A DNA stretch of 64,000 nucleotides from NCBI GenBank assembly GCA_944383415.1, contig CALWPK010000001.1:103107-167106 (forward strand). Reading direction: 5' to 3'. Position 1 is the stretch's first letter. Each line of letters begins with the position of its first letter. Below, in pieces: positions 18,036 through 30,100 of this stretch. Position numbers and translations under genes: made by a program. The stretch comes from an uncultured Clostridia bacterium (GTDB taxonomy: Bacteria > Bacillota > Clostridia > Christensenellales > UBA1242). The notes beneath the pieces were generated by a model. It searched no databases. It was given only the letters and a program-made list of their open reading frames with translations, and was not told the origin of the DNA.

Positions 18036-20459
18036 ATGAGAAATAAAAAGAAAAGAAATATCAAAAGATCAAGTGCGGATAGTCAATCTATCGTTCGTTT
18101 CAATCCCGATCCGAACGCTGGGCTGAAAAGTACAGAGGTAAATAGTCGAAATGAAGAAAATCTCGTCAACGTCTCAAAGTTGAAGACGAGCAAAAGTCTC
18201 GCGAGCATTCTTGCAAAAAACATTTTCACATTTTTCAACATCACCTGTCTGGTTGTCGCCAGCGCGCTGATTTTCGTTGGTGCATATTCGGATCTATTGT
18301 TTATGGTGATTGTGATTTTGAACACCACCATCGGAATTGTGCAAGAAATCAAGGCTAAGCGAATCATAGACAAACTGTCTTTGACAAATTCGAATTTCAC
18401 AAAAGTCGTACGCGATGGAGAGGAAGAGGAAATATACAAAACTGAGGTTGTGTTGGACGATGTCCTATGTTTGAGTCCTGGTATGCAGATTGCCTGCGAT
18501 AGTGTCATACTATCTGGGCAAGTCGAAGTGAACGAAAGTTTGCTGACTGGCGAAAGTCAGCCAATCAAAAAGGTGAAAGGAGATGAATTGCTCGGCGGTA
18601 GTTTCATATCGAGCGGAACGTGCAGAGCGAAAGTGAACAAGATCGGTGATGAGAATTACATATCTCAACTAAGTCAAAAAGCAAAGACTTTCAAGCAGGC
18701 AAAAAGTGAACTTTTGACCTCGCTACGAACGCTCATAAAGGTCATAACCATATTTATGGTGCCTATTGCAATAATGATGCTGTACAACAACTATTCGTAC
18801 TATTCGCAAAATCCAGCCCTAGACTATTCACTCACATATATGGTGATCACCAAGACGAGTGGATGTATCATTGCGATGATACCTGCTGGAATGTTCCTGC
18901 TAACGAGCGTGGCACTCGCAGTCAGTGTCATCAGACTATCGAAAAAGCACACCCTTGTGCAAGAATTGTATTGTATCGAAATGCTAGCGCGCACGAATGT
19001 ATTGTGCTTAGACAAAACTGGGACATTGACCAACGGCTCTATGAGCGTGAAAGATGTGGAATTGCTCTCAAGCAAGACAGAAAACGATGTGAATAAAATA
19101 ATTTCCTCAATGGTCGCATCCTTTCACGATGCCAATCACACTGCGCTGGCATTAAAAGCATATTTCAAAAAATCAACTCTGACCGCAGAAAAATCCATAC
19201 CTTTTTCGTCCGAACGGAAATATATGGGATGCAAATTCAAAAATTCTGGTGCGTACAAATTGGGCGCGTATGAATATGTGACGGATAAACCGAGTGCCGA
19301 GTTGAAAAACAAAGCGGAAAATTATTCCGCGAACGGATATAGAGTTTTGTTGCTGGTCGAATGTGATAAAAACTTTTCAAACTCCGGTGCCAAGCCGATT
19401 GCATTTGTATTGTTGCAAGACAATATCAGGAAAGATGCTCCGAAGACTATCGAGTGGTTCAAACAAAACGATGTGGATATCAAAATAATTTCGGGAGACA
19501 ATCCTATCACGGTCAGCGAGGTGGCACGCCGTGTGGGAGTAGAAAATTATGATAAATATATCAGTCTGCAAGGACTTAGCAACAATGAAGTTATGGAAGT
19601 GGCGAATAAATATTCCATTTTCGGTAGAGTCAGTCCAGAGCAAAAGGCTATACTAGTCAAGACGCTGAAATCTCAAGGAAAGACAGTTGCTATGACGGGT
19701 GATGGAGTGAATGATATTTTGGCGCTGAAAGAAGCAGATTGCTCTATAGCAATCGCCGCTGGCAGTGACGCTGCACGTAGCGTGAGTCAACTGGTCCTAC
19801 TAGACAGCAACTTCAGTTCTATGCCTAGCGTGGTGGCTGAAGGTAGACGCGTGGTGAACAATATTCAAAAGTCATCTTCGCTCTTCCTTATGAAAACAAT
19901 ATTTGCAATATCTATTGCCATCTTCGTCTTGTGTATGAACAGGACTTATCCATTCTCTCCTATCCAATTCCTCTTGCTGGAAATGTTTGTAATAGGTCTG
20001 CCATCCTTCTTCCTCGCACTTCAGCCGAATATCAATCGGATCAAAGGAAAATTTATGTCCAACCTGCTGAAAAACGCGCTACCTGCTGGAATATGTCTAT
20101 TCGCTGTGACGATCGCTATGTATATATATCAGATATTTACCGGCATTCGCACAGAAGTGTTGGTGACTATGGCGTCCATTGCAATAATTGCGGTCGGATT
20201 CATCGCGCTATTTAGAATGTGCCGTCCGTTCAATTGGTTCAAATCGATGATGTATATTGTATGTTTGAGTATTAGTATCACTTGCATCGTGTGTATGCCT
20301 GAGTTGTTCAAATATGTGACCATATCGTACACTGATTGGTTGTTCTTGATAGTCGTATGTCAAGCATCATATCCGCTATATGTCGTGCTGAACAAATTGT
20401 TTGAACTGGGCAATAATGACGAAAAATCGAAGCAATATGCAAATTCGGTGTACAAATGA
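18036..20459 (+). CDS. Cation-transporting P-type ATPase (P2/Ca-Mg type)
   Basis: DKTGTLT phosphorylation motif, TGES, MTGDGVNDILALKEAD, and about 10 TM segments. Confidence 0.9.
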   Translation: MRNKKKRNIKRSSADSQSIVRFNPDPNAGLKSTEVNSRNEENLVNVSKLKTSKSLASILAKNIFTFFNITCLVVASALIFVGAYSDLLFMVIVILNTTIGIVQEIKAKRIIDKLSLTNSNFTKVVRDGEEEEIYKTEVVLDDVLCLSPGMQIACDSVILSGQVEVNESLLTGESQPIKKVKGDELLGGSFISSGTCRAKVNKIGDENYISQLSQKAKTFKQAKSELLTSLRTLIKVITIFMVPIAIMMLYNNYSYYSQNPALDYSLTYMVITKTSGCIIAMIPAGMFLLTSVALAVSVIRLSKKHTLVQELYCIEMLARTNVLCLDKTGTLTNGSMSVKDVELLSSKTENDVNKIISSMVASFHDANHTALALKAYFKKSTLTAEKSIPFSSERKYMGCKFKNSGAYKLGAYEYVTDKPSAELKNKAENYSANGYRVLLLVECDKNFSNSGAKPIAFVLLQDNIRKDAPKTIEWFKQNDVDIKIISGDNPITVSEVARRVGVENYDKYISLQGLSNNEVMEVANKYSIFGRVSPEQKAILVKTLKSQGKTVAMTGDGVNDILALKEADCSIAIAAGSDAARSVSQLVLLDSNFSSMPSVVAEGRRVVNNIQKSSSLFLMKTIFAISIAIFVLCMNRTYPFSPIQFLLLEMFVIGLPSFFLALQPNINRIKGKFMSNLLKNALPAGICLFAVTIAMYIYQIFTGIRTEVLVTMASIAIIAVGFIALFRMCRPFNWFKSMMYIVCLSISITCIVCMPELFKYVTISYTDWLFLIVVCQASYPLYVVLNKLFELGNNDEKSKQYANSVYK

Positions 20460-21344
20460 TTATCTTTCGATGATATTTTCTATTTTGTTGTCGGCAATTT
20501 TGAATTCAAAGATACCCGCTAGGGTATTTTTTCTAAGCAAAGCAACATTATAGGAATCTATCGCTTGATAGTCGTCAAATTCTGGGAAAAATTTTTGAAT
20601 GCTCTTCGCGTCCTCTTGGTGAATATCCTCAGCAAGCATCTGATTGCAATATTCGAAATTGCCCGCAACGAGTGCATCCAAAAACACGACCATAACTAGT
20701 TGCGAACATAGGTGCATATCCTCTTCGTCTAGATAGATCAAGTAACTATCAAATTTTTTGTCCTTGATGAGATATACTTTGCCGTGATTGAGGCTATCTT
20801 TCAATCGTTTCATAAAATAAATTTCATCATCGCCAATATTGATCTCGTCATAATAGTCGGCACAGCAAAGTTCTTTCCCTTTCAAAATGACTACAAAATT
20901 TCGCACCCCCTCAAAATATAATAGGCAATAGTCTGCACGCGTTTCAGAGTGGGAAAATTCAAGTTTGCTCACGCTTTTTTTGATGAGATTTTCCGAATCT
21001 ACAAAGATGGACAATTCTTGTGATAGCGTTATGATTATCTCTTTGTTTTGTACCTTCAAAAAATTCACGCTCGTGGGCAATACTTTTTGAGGAAATAAAA
21101 TCGTATAATTGTCTGACAGATAATCAAATTGCAACACTCCTCTTTGAGCGTTCGAATTCTGTGGAGAATCGAAGTTGATACATATCGGCAATTCACCATT
21201 ATCTCCAAAAATCATATAAAAATGATCATCCACATTTTTCAATCCGTACTTTACATTTTCGCACAAACGTCTACTCTCCCTGCCTACGATCGTGCAAGGA
21301 AACTTTGACACCAAATATTTCATATTAATATGTATGAAAAACAT
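20460..21344 (-). CDS. Hypothetical protein (294 aa)
   Basis: Long ORF with no recognisable motif. Its stop abuts the ATPase stop with zero spacing. No clear RBS. Confidence 0.5.
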   Translation of the reverse strand: MFFIHINMKYLVSKFPCTIVGRESRRLCENVKYGLKNVDDHFYMIFGDNGELPICINFDSPQNSNAQRGVLQFDYLSDNYTILFPQKVLPTSVNFLKVQNKEIIITLSQELSIFVDSENLIKKSVSKLEFSHSETRADYCLLYFEGVRNFVVILKGKELCCADYYDEINIGDDEIYFMKRLKDSLNHGKVYLIKDKKFDSYLIYLDEEDMHLCSQLVMVVFLDALVAGNFEYCNQMLAEDIHQEDAKSIQKFFPEFDDYQAIDSYNVALLRKNTLAGIFEFKIADNKIENIIER

Positions 21345-21430
21345 TCTTAAAACTTGCTTTTATTCTACAATTCTACATATTAAAACACAATCCGTAAATT
21401 AGATATAGCAATTATGGGAAAAATAATAAT

Positions 21431-21703
21431 ATGGACAAAAAAGAAATTCAAAACAGCGAAAATAAAAAATCTCAATCTAAATGCAACCTGATCGTAATGC
21501 CTCAGACGATAACGGATGACGATATCTCCGCTCTATTCAATGGTCTGATCAAGATTGTGAGGAAAAAAATTGAACTTGAGACTCGCTTTGAGATCATCAA
21601 TATGAATATCAGCAATCAAAAATTGTTGAAAGAATTGAAAGAAAAACAGGCGGAGTGCAATAGATTGAAAAACGAATTGCTGTATTATAAAACTAAACAA
21701 TAA
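21431..21703 (+). CDS. Hypothetical small coiled-coil protein (90 aa)
   Basis: ORF with a K/E-rich heptad-like C-terminus. Weak RBS. Confidence 0.4.
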   Translation: MDKKEIQNSENKKSQSKCNLIVMPQTITDDDISALFNGLIKIVRKKIELETRFEIINMNISNQKLLKELKEKQAECNRLKNELLYYKTKQ

Positions 21704-21844
21704 AAAATTTTGTGTGACAAAAAACGATTTTTTTGGCTTTGTCAACTGTTTTTCATATCTTTTTTAAAAAAAATTAAAAAAGTTTTAAATTCATTTGCGT
21801 CTTTTTATAAAAATTGTTATATTCATTTTAAAGAGTGATGAAAT

Positions 21845-23065
21845 ATGAATGAAATGATTTTTTTTGATAATGCAAAGGAGAGTGTAAAATCTTTTTTCGA
21901 AACTGAGTTTGAGAATTTTCCGCCACTATTGATGTCTCACTTTTTAAACAAATTCAATGATATAATGAATTACTCAGAAGAGGGTATGAAGATAAAGCCG
22001 AAAATTATTTTCACGGACAACATTGAAGCAATCAATAGAGCAATTCCAAAGTCGAATTTGTTGACACTTTTTGAAGATGCAGATGCCACGATGTTCAACT
22101 CTCGCCTGAAATCAATTTTGGCAATAGCGAGGAATGATTGGTGCCTATATATTGATATCAAAGAAAACAAAATTAGTTATGGTCTCGTGATGTCGTTTCG
22201 AAGCATTAAGGACAAAAACTTTTTGCAAACTTTGCAAGAAAACACCTCGCTCAAAGACCGCGCTAGCAAAATGCACTGTATTTTAGTCCGTCCTCTCAAT
22301 TTCTACACTATGCTACTACACTCTATTAACGGAAATGATTTGACAGTGAACTTTTCGCTAGATAAGTCAAAGGCAAACGTGTTTTCCACAGAAATTCGAG
22401 AGTTTGTGGATGTCACATTCTCAAAATTGCGCACCACTCAACGCAAACTGCAAGATATGAAGAATATGTATCTAAACATTTTCACTAACGTGATGAACGA
22501 TGTCAATGGTGCGATTTGCGTGATTGTGGACAAAGACTACAAAGATACAGGACTATTTGAGGACGGAATATGGCTGAAAGAGCCGATCAGTTTCAGCAAA
22601 CTGTTCACTCAGACCAAGAGTTATAGCGAGGCAAAGTTGCAGTCGTTCGCCGATCTATTTGTCAATATGCTAAATTTTGACGGCATCACCATCATTGACA
22701 ATCAGGGAAGATTGCGCGCATACAACGTGTTCGTGGAGCCAAATTCAAAAAAGGTAGGCTTTATCGTGGGAGGTGCCAGAAAACGTGCAGCGTACTTCAT
22801 CCTTAGCACCAAGAGGAAGGGAATCGTGGGAGTATATTTCCAGTCGCACGAGGGCGAAGTGTTCTTCCAAGAGTTGAAAACTCGCGAATTGAAGAAAAAG
22901 AAACCCGCCACACCGAAAATCGTTTCCTCACCACTGATAGATCAGTCCGAAATGGCCACAAAATCAGTGGATGGAAAAAAGAGTGAGCAATATGAAAATA
23001 ATCCAGAAATGCTCACTGATGTCTCAAATGCGGAAAACAATGCACAAGTCAATCCAAAGGTATAA
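21845..23065 (+). CDS. Hypothetical protein with a C-terminal DisA_N / diadenylate-cyclase-like domain (divergent motifs)
   Basis: By-eye alignment to CdaA-type DAC domains: GAICVIV ~ GALISV, GIWLKEPISFSKLF ~ GIPLNAKISSQLL, FDGITIIDNQGRL ~ HDGAVIIKGNEI, GGARKRAAYFI ~ GTRHRAALGI, SHEGEVF ~ SEETGGIS. The N-terminal ~230 aa are unassigned. Confidence 0.45.
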   Translation: MNEMIFFDNAKESVKSFFETEFENFPPLLMSHFLNKFNDIMNYSEEGMKIKPKIIFTDNIEAINRAIPKSNLLTLFEDADATMFNSRLKSILAIARNDWCLYIDIKENKISYGLVMSFRSIKDKNFLQTLQENTSLKDRASKMHCILVRPLNFYTMLLHSINGNDLTVNFSLDKSKANVFSTEIREFVDVTFSKLRTTQRKLQDMKNMYLNIFTNVMNDVNGAICVIVDKDYKDTGLFEDGIWLKEPISFSKLFTQTKSYSEAKLQSFADLFVNMLNFDGITIIDNQGRLRAYNVFVEPNSKKVGFIVGGARKRAAYFILSTKRKGIVGVYFQSHEGEVFFQELKTRELKKKKPATPKIVSSPLIDQSEMATKSVDGKKSEQYENNPEMLTDVSNAENNAQVNPKV

Positions 23066-23275
23066 AATCTCTTCAATCATATAAGTCAGTCTAATTATCT
23101 TCATTTGATTCAATAAATAAGTATATGACCTACATTGTCTTGAATCTTATTGAAAAATATGCAACTTTTTTGAATTTTCATTCGAAAATCTATGGCAAAA
23201 ATACTAGAATAATTTTGTCTTTTTATCATAATAAAAAAATTACCATATATTAATTCGTACAAATATAATCAATAT

Positions 23276-23330
23276 TAAAAAAGAGAATCGAGATGTCTAC
23301 ATTAGTAGACGATTGCAATTCTCTTTTTTG
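23276..23330. terminator. Bidirectional hairpin terminator between convergent genes
   Basis: A5-AAGAGAAT ... GTCTAC-ATTA-GTAGAC ... ATTCTCTT-T5. Confidence 0.5.
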
Positions 23331-23449
23331 AATCATCTTTTTGATACAATTTTTAGATTTTCATCTAGACGTCATTTTTGTTTTAGGTTTTCATTCAAAT
23401 TTTCTTTTGGATGCTCAAGTCTTATTCCTGCCTTAGATCTTTAATTCTA

Positions 23450-24190
23450 TTAAATTTTCCTTTTCTTATATTTAATAACCACTCTGAAAACAGACTTATC
23501 TTCAATCTTTCCCTCAATATAGATATAGTCCTTTACCTTTTTCTTGTACACTCTGATTTCATCACCATATTTTGACTCATTCACGAAATATATCTCATAT
23601 TCTTTCATATCAATCGCTTTCAATTCGCCAATATCAAGAGCGTCCATAGCAATGAAATTGTATTTTAAATTGTTGGTGTGATTGTTGAGATCTATATCTG
23701 TAGAGCGGACCTTTTTGGTGTAGACATAGTCAGATTCGTCCACATCCATTTTTAAGTTTGAATATTTTAAATCCAACTCTTTCGTCTCTTCCATCTCTAG
23801 ATCTGGATATTGTATAGTGCTTGCTTTCCTAAGTTTTCGAGAATCGTAGTCTAGGCAACACCATTCCGAAGAGGATAGGACTTTTACGCTACTTTTAACC
23901 TTAAGTGTGCAAAATCGGGTGAATCTGATCATACCTGGAGTTTGCGTCCACGTCTTGACATTTACCCTATCTTGACTGTGGACGTCACCCTTGAATTTCA
24001 TTTTGATCTTGCTCACCACCCAAAACGCATTGTCTCGTTCTTCCATAGTGTCGTGATCTAGACCTATTTTGTCCGAGTGATTGAAAGTTGCGACTTCAAG
24101 CAAACGCATCAATTCAGTCACTGGAACTTTTGCTTCAAAATCTATCTCTGTATCATTTATAGTCAATCTTTCAGTGTATGTATTTTTCAT
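23450..24190 (-). CDS. Acyl-ACP thioesterase family protein
   Basis: 246 aa with a double hot-dog layout. VRSTDIDLNNHTNNLKYNFIAMDAL matches the D-x-N-x-H-V-N-N-x-x-Y motif of acyl-ACP thioesterases. The ATG overlaps the upstream stop (TAATG). Confidence 0.8.
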   Translation of the reverse strand: MKNTYTERLTINDTEIDFEAKVPVTELMRLLEVATFNHSDKIGLDHDTMEERDNAFWVVSKIKMKFKGDVHSQDRVNVKTWTQTPGMIRFTRFCTLKVKSSVKVLSSSEWCCLDYDSRKLRKASTIQYPDLEMEETKELDLKYSNLKMDVDESDYVYTKKVRSTDIDLNNHTNNLKYNFIAMDALDIGELKAIDMKEYEIYFVNESKYGDEIRVYKKKVKDYIYIEGKIEDKSVFRVVIKYKKRKI

Positions 24191-27100
24191 TACCTAATCC
24201 TCATCCTTGTTCTCAATATTATAATCGTGGTCACCACTGCGATCACAATCACAGATACCACCACTATGATTACTATTGCCCAAACATTCAATGGCTCTTT
24301 GATCTCAACTTTGTAACTCAGAATCACATTGCCAGACGAACTGATCAGGCGGATATAATATTCTCCCGCACCATCTCGCTCCTCTGTAATCTCAGTCTGC
24401 ATCAATTCGGTAGGCGAATTGCTACTGATAGTGGCGATCAGTCTATTGTTTATGTACAACATAGCATCTCCCACTTGGTCGTAAATAATGCCTGGATTGT
24501 ATCGAATGGTGAATCCGTCTGTACTGCTCTCGCCAGGATCTAACGAGCATTCTATATTCGGAATTTCGTTATTGATAGTGAAACTGAACGTCACTTCTCT
24601 ATCTGGATATATTCCGTCAGACACCAGATATGTGAGGGTGAACATCTGCTTTCCGCTAGACACTCCCAAAAGTGCACTGTTTTCAATCATTTTGTCATAC
24701 GTCAGGAGCAATCCATTCGTGCCAGTATTGATATTCAAAACGCTTAGGAAATTCGATGTGATATCTGTGCCGAGATTGTTCGTCACCTTGCTGATCGTGT
24801 ATCCGCCTATGCTGGTAAGATCAATCGAATCTCTCGATTCGTTTTCATTGACGATCGTGAATACGATGACTTTCCTCAGAGAATGCACCTCTTCGCCTAT
24901 TGTATAGTTGGCAGAGATTGTGACTCTGTATGTACCATAATCTGTGAAAGTGTAATTATACTGCGTTTTTTCTGGATTATAACTAGCACCATTCCTGGTA
25001 GCGTACAGACTGATAGAGCCCAAATTGTACATAGATGGATTGTATACGTTCACCACCACATCGCCGTTGTAATATGCATTGTCAATTGGTGCACCTGAAT
25101 TGATAGTGATGACCACTTCTCTTAGGATCAATATATCAATGCTATTTTGCACAACTCCAGTATTTGTCGTGAATGTATGAATATTGCCAGCCAAGTCTCT
25201 GAATACGAAACTATATTTGCCATTGCCATCAATGCGGAAACTAATTGAATTTCCTAGATTGTTGGTGTGAACAGTTTTGACAAACACGTCATTATAATAC
25301 ACGTCCAGCAAAACTGTATTTTTCCTCGTGAGCAGATTGTCTGTAGGTATGGTCTGATCGAAATTCAATGTGAAGGTATCGCTACTCTCACCCACATAAG
25401 TATATGATAGGTTGGTGTTGACAGGCAATTCGCTAGTATTCACGCTAATGCCATTGACCACATTGTCCGTCTTTGCCACATTCAGAATTCCTATATACAA
25501 ACTATATGTGCTGGTATAAATTCTACGCACCTCGAATCTATACGTTCCAAAAGTCTTTGAATAAATTAGTTGCGACGCGCCTTGATCTGTGGATATGACC
25601 ACGAACAAATCTTCGTTGCTAATATATAGCGGAATATTTGTCTTTGGCAATTCATCCACTGACTCAAAGCCGAAAGTCTTTGCGATATCTGCCACCGCTA
25701 TTCCAGTAGTCTCTTGCAGATTCTCCAACTCTGCGAATGTGAAAGACGAATTCTGTCCAACTGCCTCATTGTTGCCCGTCTGAACGTAATATAGTTGATT
25801 GACGATCGCTTGAACAGAGAAAGAGTATACTTTGTTGCCTAAATATAGTCCATCTTTTGTGTAGATCTGTATTTCAAACTTGTAACTACCCGCGCTGTCC
25901 TCTCCAGTGTTGATCACACAAGACGAAAACTCGGATAGATCTTCTGTAGCATACTCGCCATCAAGCATTTCTTCGTGAAGTAGATATACATAGTTGAAAT
26001 ATTCGTTTTCTATTTTGTTCCAAGTCAGATTCATCGTTCCAGAACTGGTGGTCGAATATGCCGTGTCCTCAAAATCCGTATTGATATCGACCTCCATTCC
26101 CTGACTGGAATTGTTGGTATCTCTGAGATTCACCGCACCCGTACGCGTATCGATCACGACATTGTAGACAAATTCCACTTCATTGTTGAATATCAACTGG
26201 ACTGTCACGCTCAGCGCTTCTCCTAGATAGTTTGCGCCCAAGTACGGAATGATATTGATCACGCCATTTTCTCTATCTATATTGATGATCTCCGTGCCAC
26301 TATATGTCACAGAAGTTGCTGTCGATGCCACTGTTTGATTGTTGATACCACTGATTGAATATATGATGTTCGCGTTTTGATAAACTTCGCTATTATACCT
26401 GATCGTTGCCTGATTGAATGAGTAGTACACATTCGAAAGTTCGTACGAATTTCCCCCTTCAAATTCAAGCGAATAAAAGTCCTCGCCACTGGTGTTGAAT
26501 CTGTGATATGAAGTCTCGCCGAAAGCGTCTGTCATTTCGATTTGATAAGTGCCTTCTGTTAAATTCGCGATGATATTTGATACCAGTTCGTAGCCGTCTG
26601 GAGTGACTAGATAGTAGTTGTATTGCCCATTTTCTGGTCTACATACATAAGTATATGTCTCTCCATTATGTCTGACGATGATCTCTTCCGCATAATATGT
26701 TATCCCATTGTGAGTGACATTTGCTCCCGCAAGGTCGATTTGATATCTTCCATTCACAATATTCACCAAATTCAATATATTCAATTCAATACGTTCGTTC
26801 ACGTCATAATAATTGAGAGTAGTTGAATATGTGTTTGTCCTTGAATAAATCCTGAATATATAGTTGCCCTGACCTGCATTCTTGATCATATTTATGATGT
26901 CTTGAGCGAGTCCATTATTTGTAAACTCTGTGCTAGCGTTGGTGTTGATATGATAGGTGCTACCAAGCATACTGATGAGTTCGAATCTATAAAATCTATC
27001 CACAATATTATCGCTAATGACGTTGAACACTTCTTCGCCTGGAAGGTTGATGTCAAAGATTGTCAAACTATTGTTTATGCTATCTGTAGATAGACTGAAT

Positions 27101-30100
27101 TGGACATTTTCATCATCTATCGCTCCTTCCATCACGCGAGTGACGTTGAAAGTCATTTCTAGCGCGTCATAATCTCCATTCGCAGAATAGAATATCACAT
27201 ATTGCGTAGTGTTTCCTGCGCTATCTTGCTCTAAGATCTCGATATACTGACCATACTGATTGTTCGTGAAAAGTCCTGCATAAGTATTCACGTTTGATAG
27301 ATTCGTGATCGATGTATAACTTGCATAGTTTGTGACTGGCAGGTTCAAACTGACGCTACCGAGTCCGCCCTCAAGCACTCTATAATACAATCTTGAGATA
27401 TCTGTTTTGTCAAATGGAGTCGTATTGTCCACTCTGAAAGCATAAATTTCACCGACATCTCTATCTTGATAATACGCGGTATATTGATTGACGAAATACA
27501 CTCCAGAGTTGTCTTCATAAACGGCACTTTCAAACATATCTACACCGCTCTCTTCAATATAATAATCGACTAGAGTGTCGGTCTGCAAAAGGTTGTTGAT
27601 ATTATTCTCAGGCGGAATCCTATCTATGATCACGCGGTAGTGCGTTTCATAAAATTCTACCATTTCGCCCTCTGCATTGTAATAATAATAGCAGTTGATA
27701 TAGTCCTCATTGTCTGTAGCGGAACTGAGTTTGTATCTAATCGTAATGTCATAATACAAAGTTTTGTGCAAATTATCTATATCTATGTCTCCATTCTGAT
27801 CACGTAGGTAGGTGTTGAGTGTAATCACTCTACTCAAATTGCCTTGCTCATCTCGAATATTTTGAACCACATCCGATTCGTTATCTAGGTTGTATTCACC
27901 GCCCGTATTTGAATATCTATAGTTGATATATTCTGATGTGACACCATTTAGAGTCCTATTCACGATCAAATAATTCACATCCACCTCAGCATTCAAGCCG
28001 TCAGGATTGTATTCATTGAGGTCAATCTTTACGAATTCTTCACTTGTCGTCAAAGTATACGTACCGCCGATCTTCTCAGCCTCGTAGATTGCGTTGTTGA
28101 CAGTGTTGTCCTTGCGTGGCACAGAATACACATCTGTGGTCGGTTCGCTGTTTTGCAACCTAAAGCCGATCATCTTCTGATGACTGCCCGAACTGCCCTC
28201 TACCAAATCTCGTATCACCACGACATAGTCGCCATTGAGGCATAGCCAATTGCCCTCATTGTCCTCGCGGATGAACCTATCGCGAAGATTTTGAGATATC
28301 TCAGATAGGTATCTATCGATATCTATGATATAATATCCATTCGAATAATTTGATGTATCCGCACTCTCTTCGACATCTATGCTAAACAATTTGATAGTCT
28401 TGCCCCGATCTACTCCACTCAATTGATTTTGCACATCTTTGAAGTAAACGTCAAACACCAATCTACCAGAATAGTAACTGCTACCGAACGTTCCGCCAAA
28501 ATATTTGCCCACAGGCACATTCAAGGTAGCAGGAAGTTTGTCCGTACTTAGATATAGATTATACACGCTATTCACGATGTCGTCCTCTAGATAATCTAGA
28601 CGTCCAGTTTGCGTGCCGATTTGAGAAAATTCGTTGTATTCAGTCTCTCTTTCTAGCAGTCCGATTGTGATATATCCACCATTGATCGCATTCGTGACAT
28701 CAATGATTTCATTTCTATCCACAATGAAGTAGTAGTTTTGCACACGTTTGTCATCACCAAAATCGGTAGAGTCTTCCCCTCGATATGTCCTCGTCACCAC
28801 ATATAGTCCCTCTGTCGTTCTACCATCTGAGACATTTAAAAGAGCGAAATATCTATCACTAGCATCGTTGTATGTGGCACCATTTTGTGCACCATCACTA
28901 TTGTATAAAATGACGTCTCTAGGATTGACAGAAGTGTAATAATAGAATTTGCTTGAGTCAAAATTTGCTTCGCTGAGATTTAGTTCGTACTGGCGATAAC
29001 TCACGCTCTCCACTTCGTACAGTCCAGAGCCTTGTGTCCACACGAACGCGACATAATTGTCACTAGTGGCGAACGCTCCCTCAACTCCATTGTAGACCAC
29101 TCCGTTTGCCTCATTGTCACTACCCGTGTCTAGTTTGTGCACGTTCGAATTGTTGAGGTTGTTGATAGTGAAGTTGTCTTGACTATAGTATACTGATCCA
29201 CGCGAATTGTCTTTGTTGATCTCAATTGTCACGAACGAATCTGAGTCTTGCGTAGATACATACGCCTGATTTATGCCCAAAAGATAAAACGTGCGTATAG
29301 TGCTGGTGGACGCACTAATTTGATGAGTCATCACTCGAGAGTGATTGTTCGCGCTGATCGTTGGGATGCTCAAACTGTTGTCTAAAATCCCTTGATTTGT
29401 ATAAGCAGTAAGAGATGAATTCTGTACTTTCAAATAGTATGTGTTGTCACTATTCAAAATAGAAAACAGGTTGTTCAAAGCATTGATATTCGTATCGCTT
29501 TCAACATAGTAGCCGAGCGCTTCATACTCGTCAGTTGAAGTCGCCTTTATCAGTGAATACAATTCACTCTTCGTGTCTGCGCTGTTTTCAAATAGAGATA
29601 TCACTTTGTGAGTCCCGACATTGATGGTCACGTCGTCACCGAAGAGTTGAGATGTCTGAGTGATCATTTCACCATTCACTTCAAAGAACGATTCTGTATA
29701 ATCTATGATGAACATATATTTGCAACTATTGCCCGCTTCGTCCGTGAGCGTAAACACATATATACCCTGATTCCTCAAGACTGAAGAGGCTGGTATTTCG
29801 CTACCGATAGAGTCTGCTTTGTAGATGTCATCAAAAGAACCCACAGTCGTTCCCAATCTATAGTTGGTAGAGTGCCAAATTTCGCTATAAGACGAGAATA
29901 TCTGATCTGGAGAAATTGAACTATCTCTAACGAAAGGTGTGAATGTATAAGTCAAAGATATGTTCGCACCGCTATCTTTGTCATTCCAGAAAATTGTCGC
30001 TAACGAATCTGTGATCGAATTCGATATCCTGACATAATCTCCAGCCACATTTGTCCTAAATTCATATACAGCGCTACCGTCTGACGCGTTGGTCGTCGTC

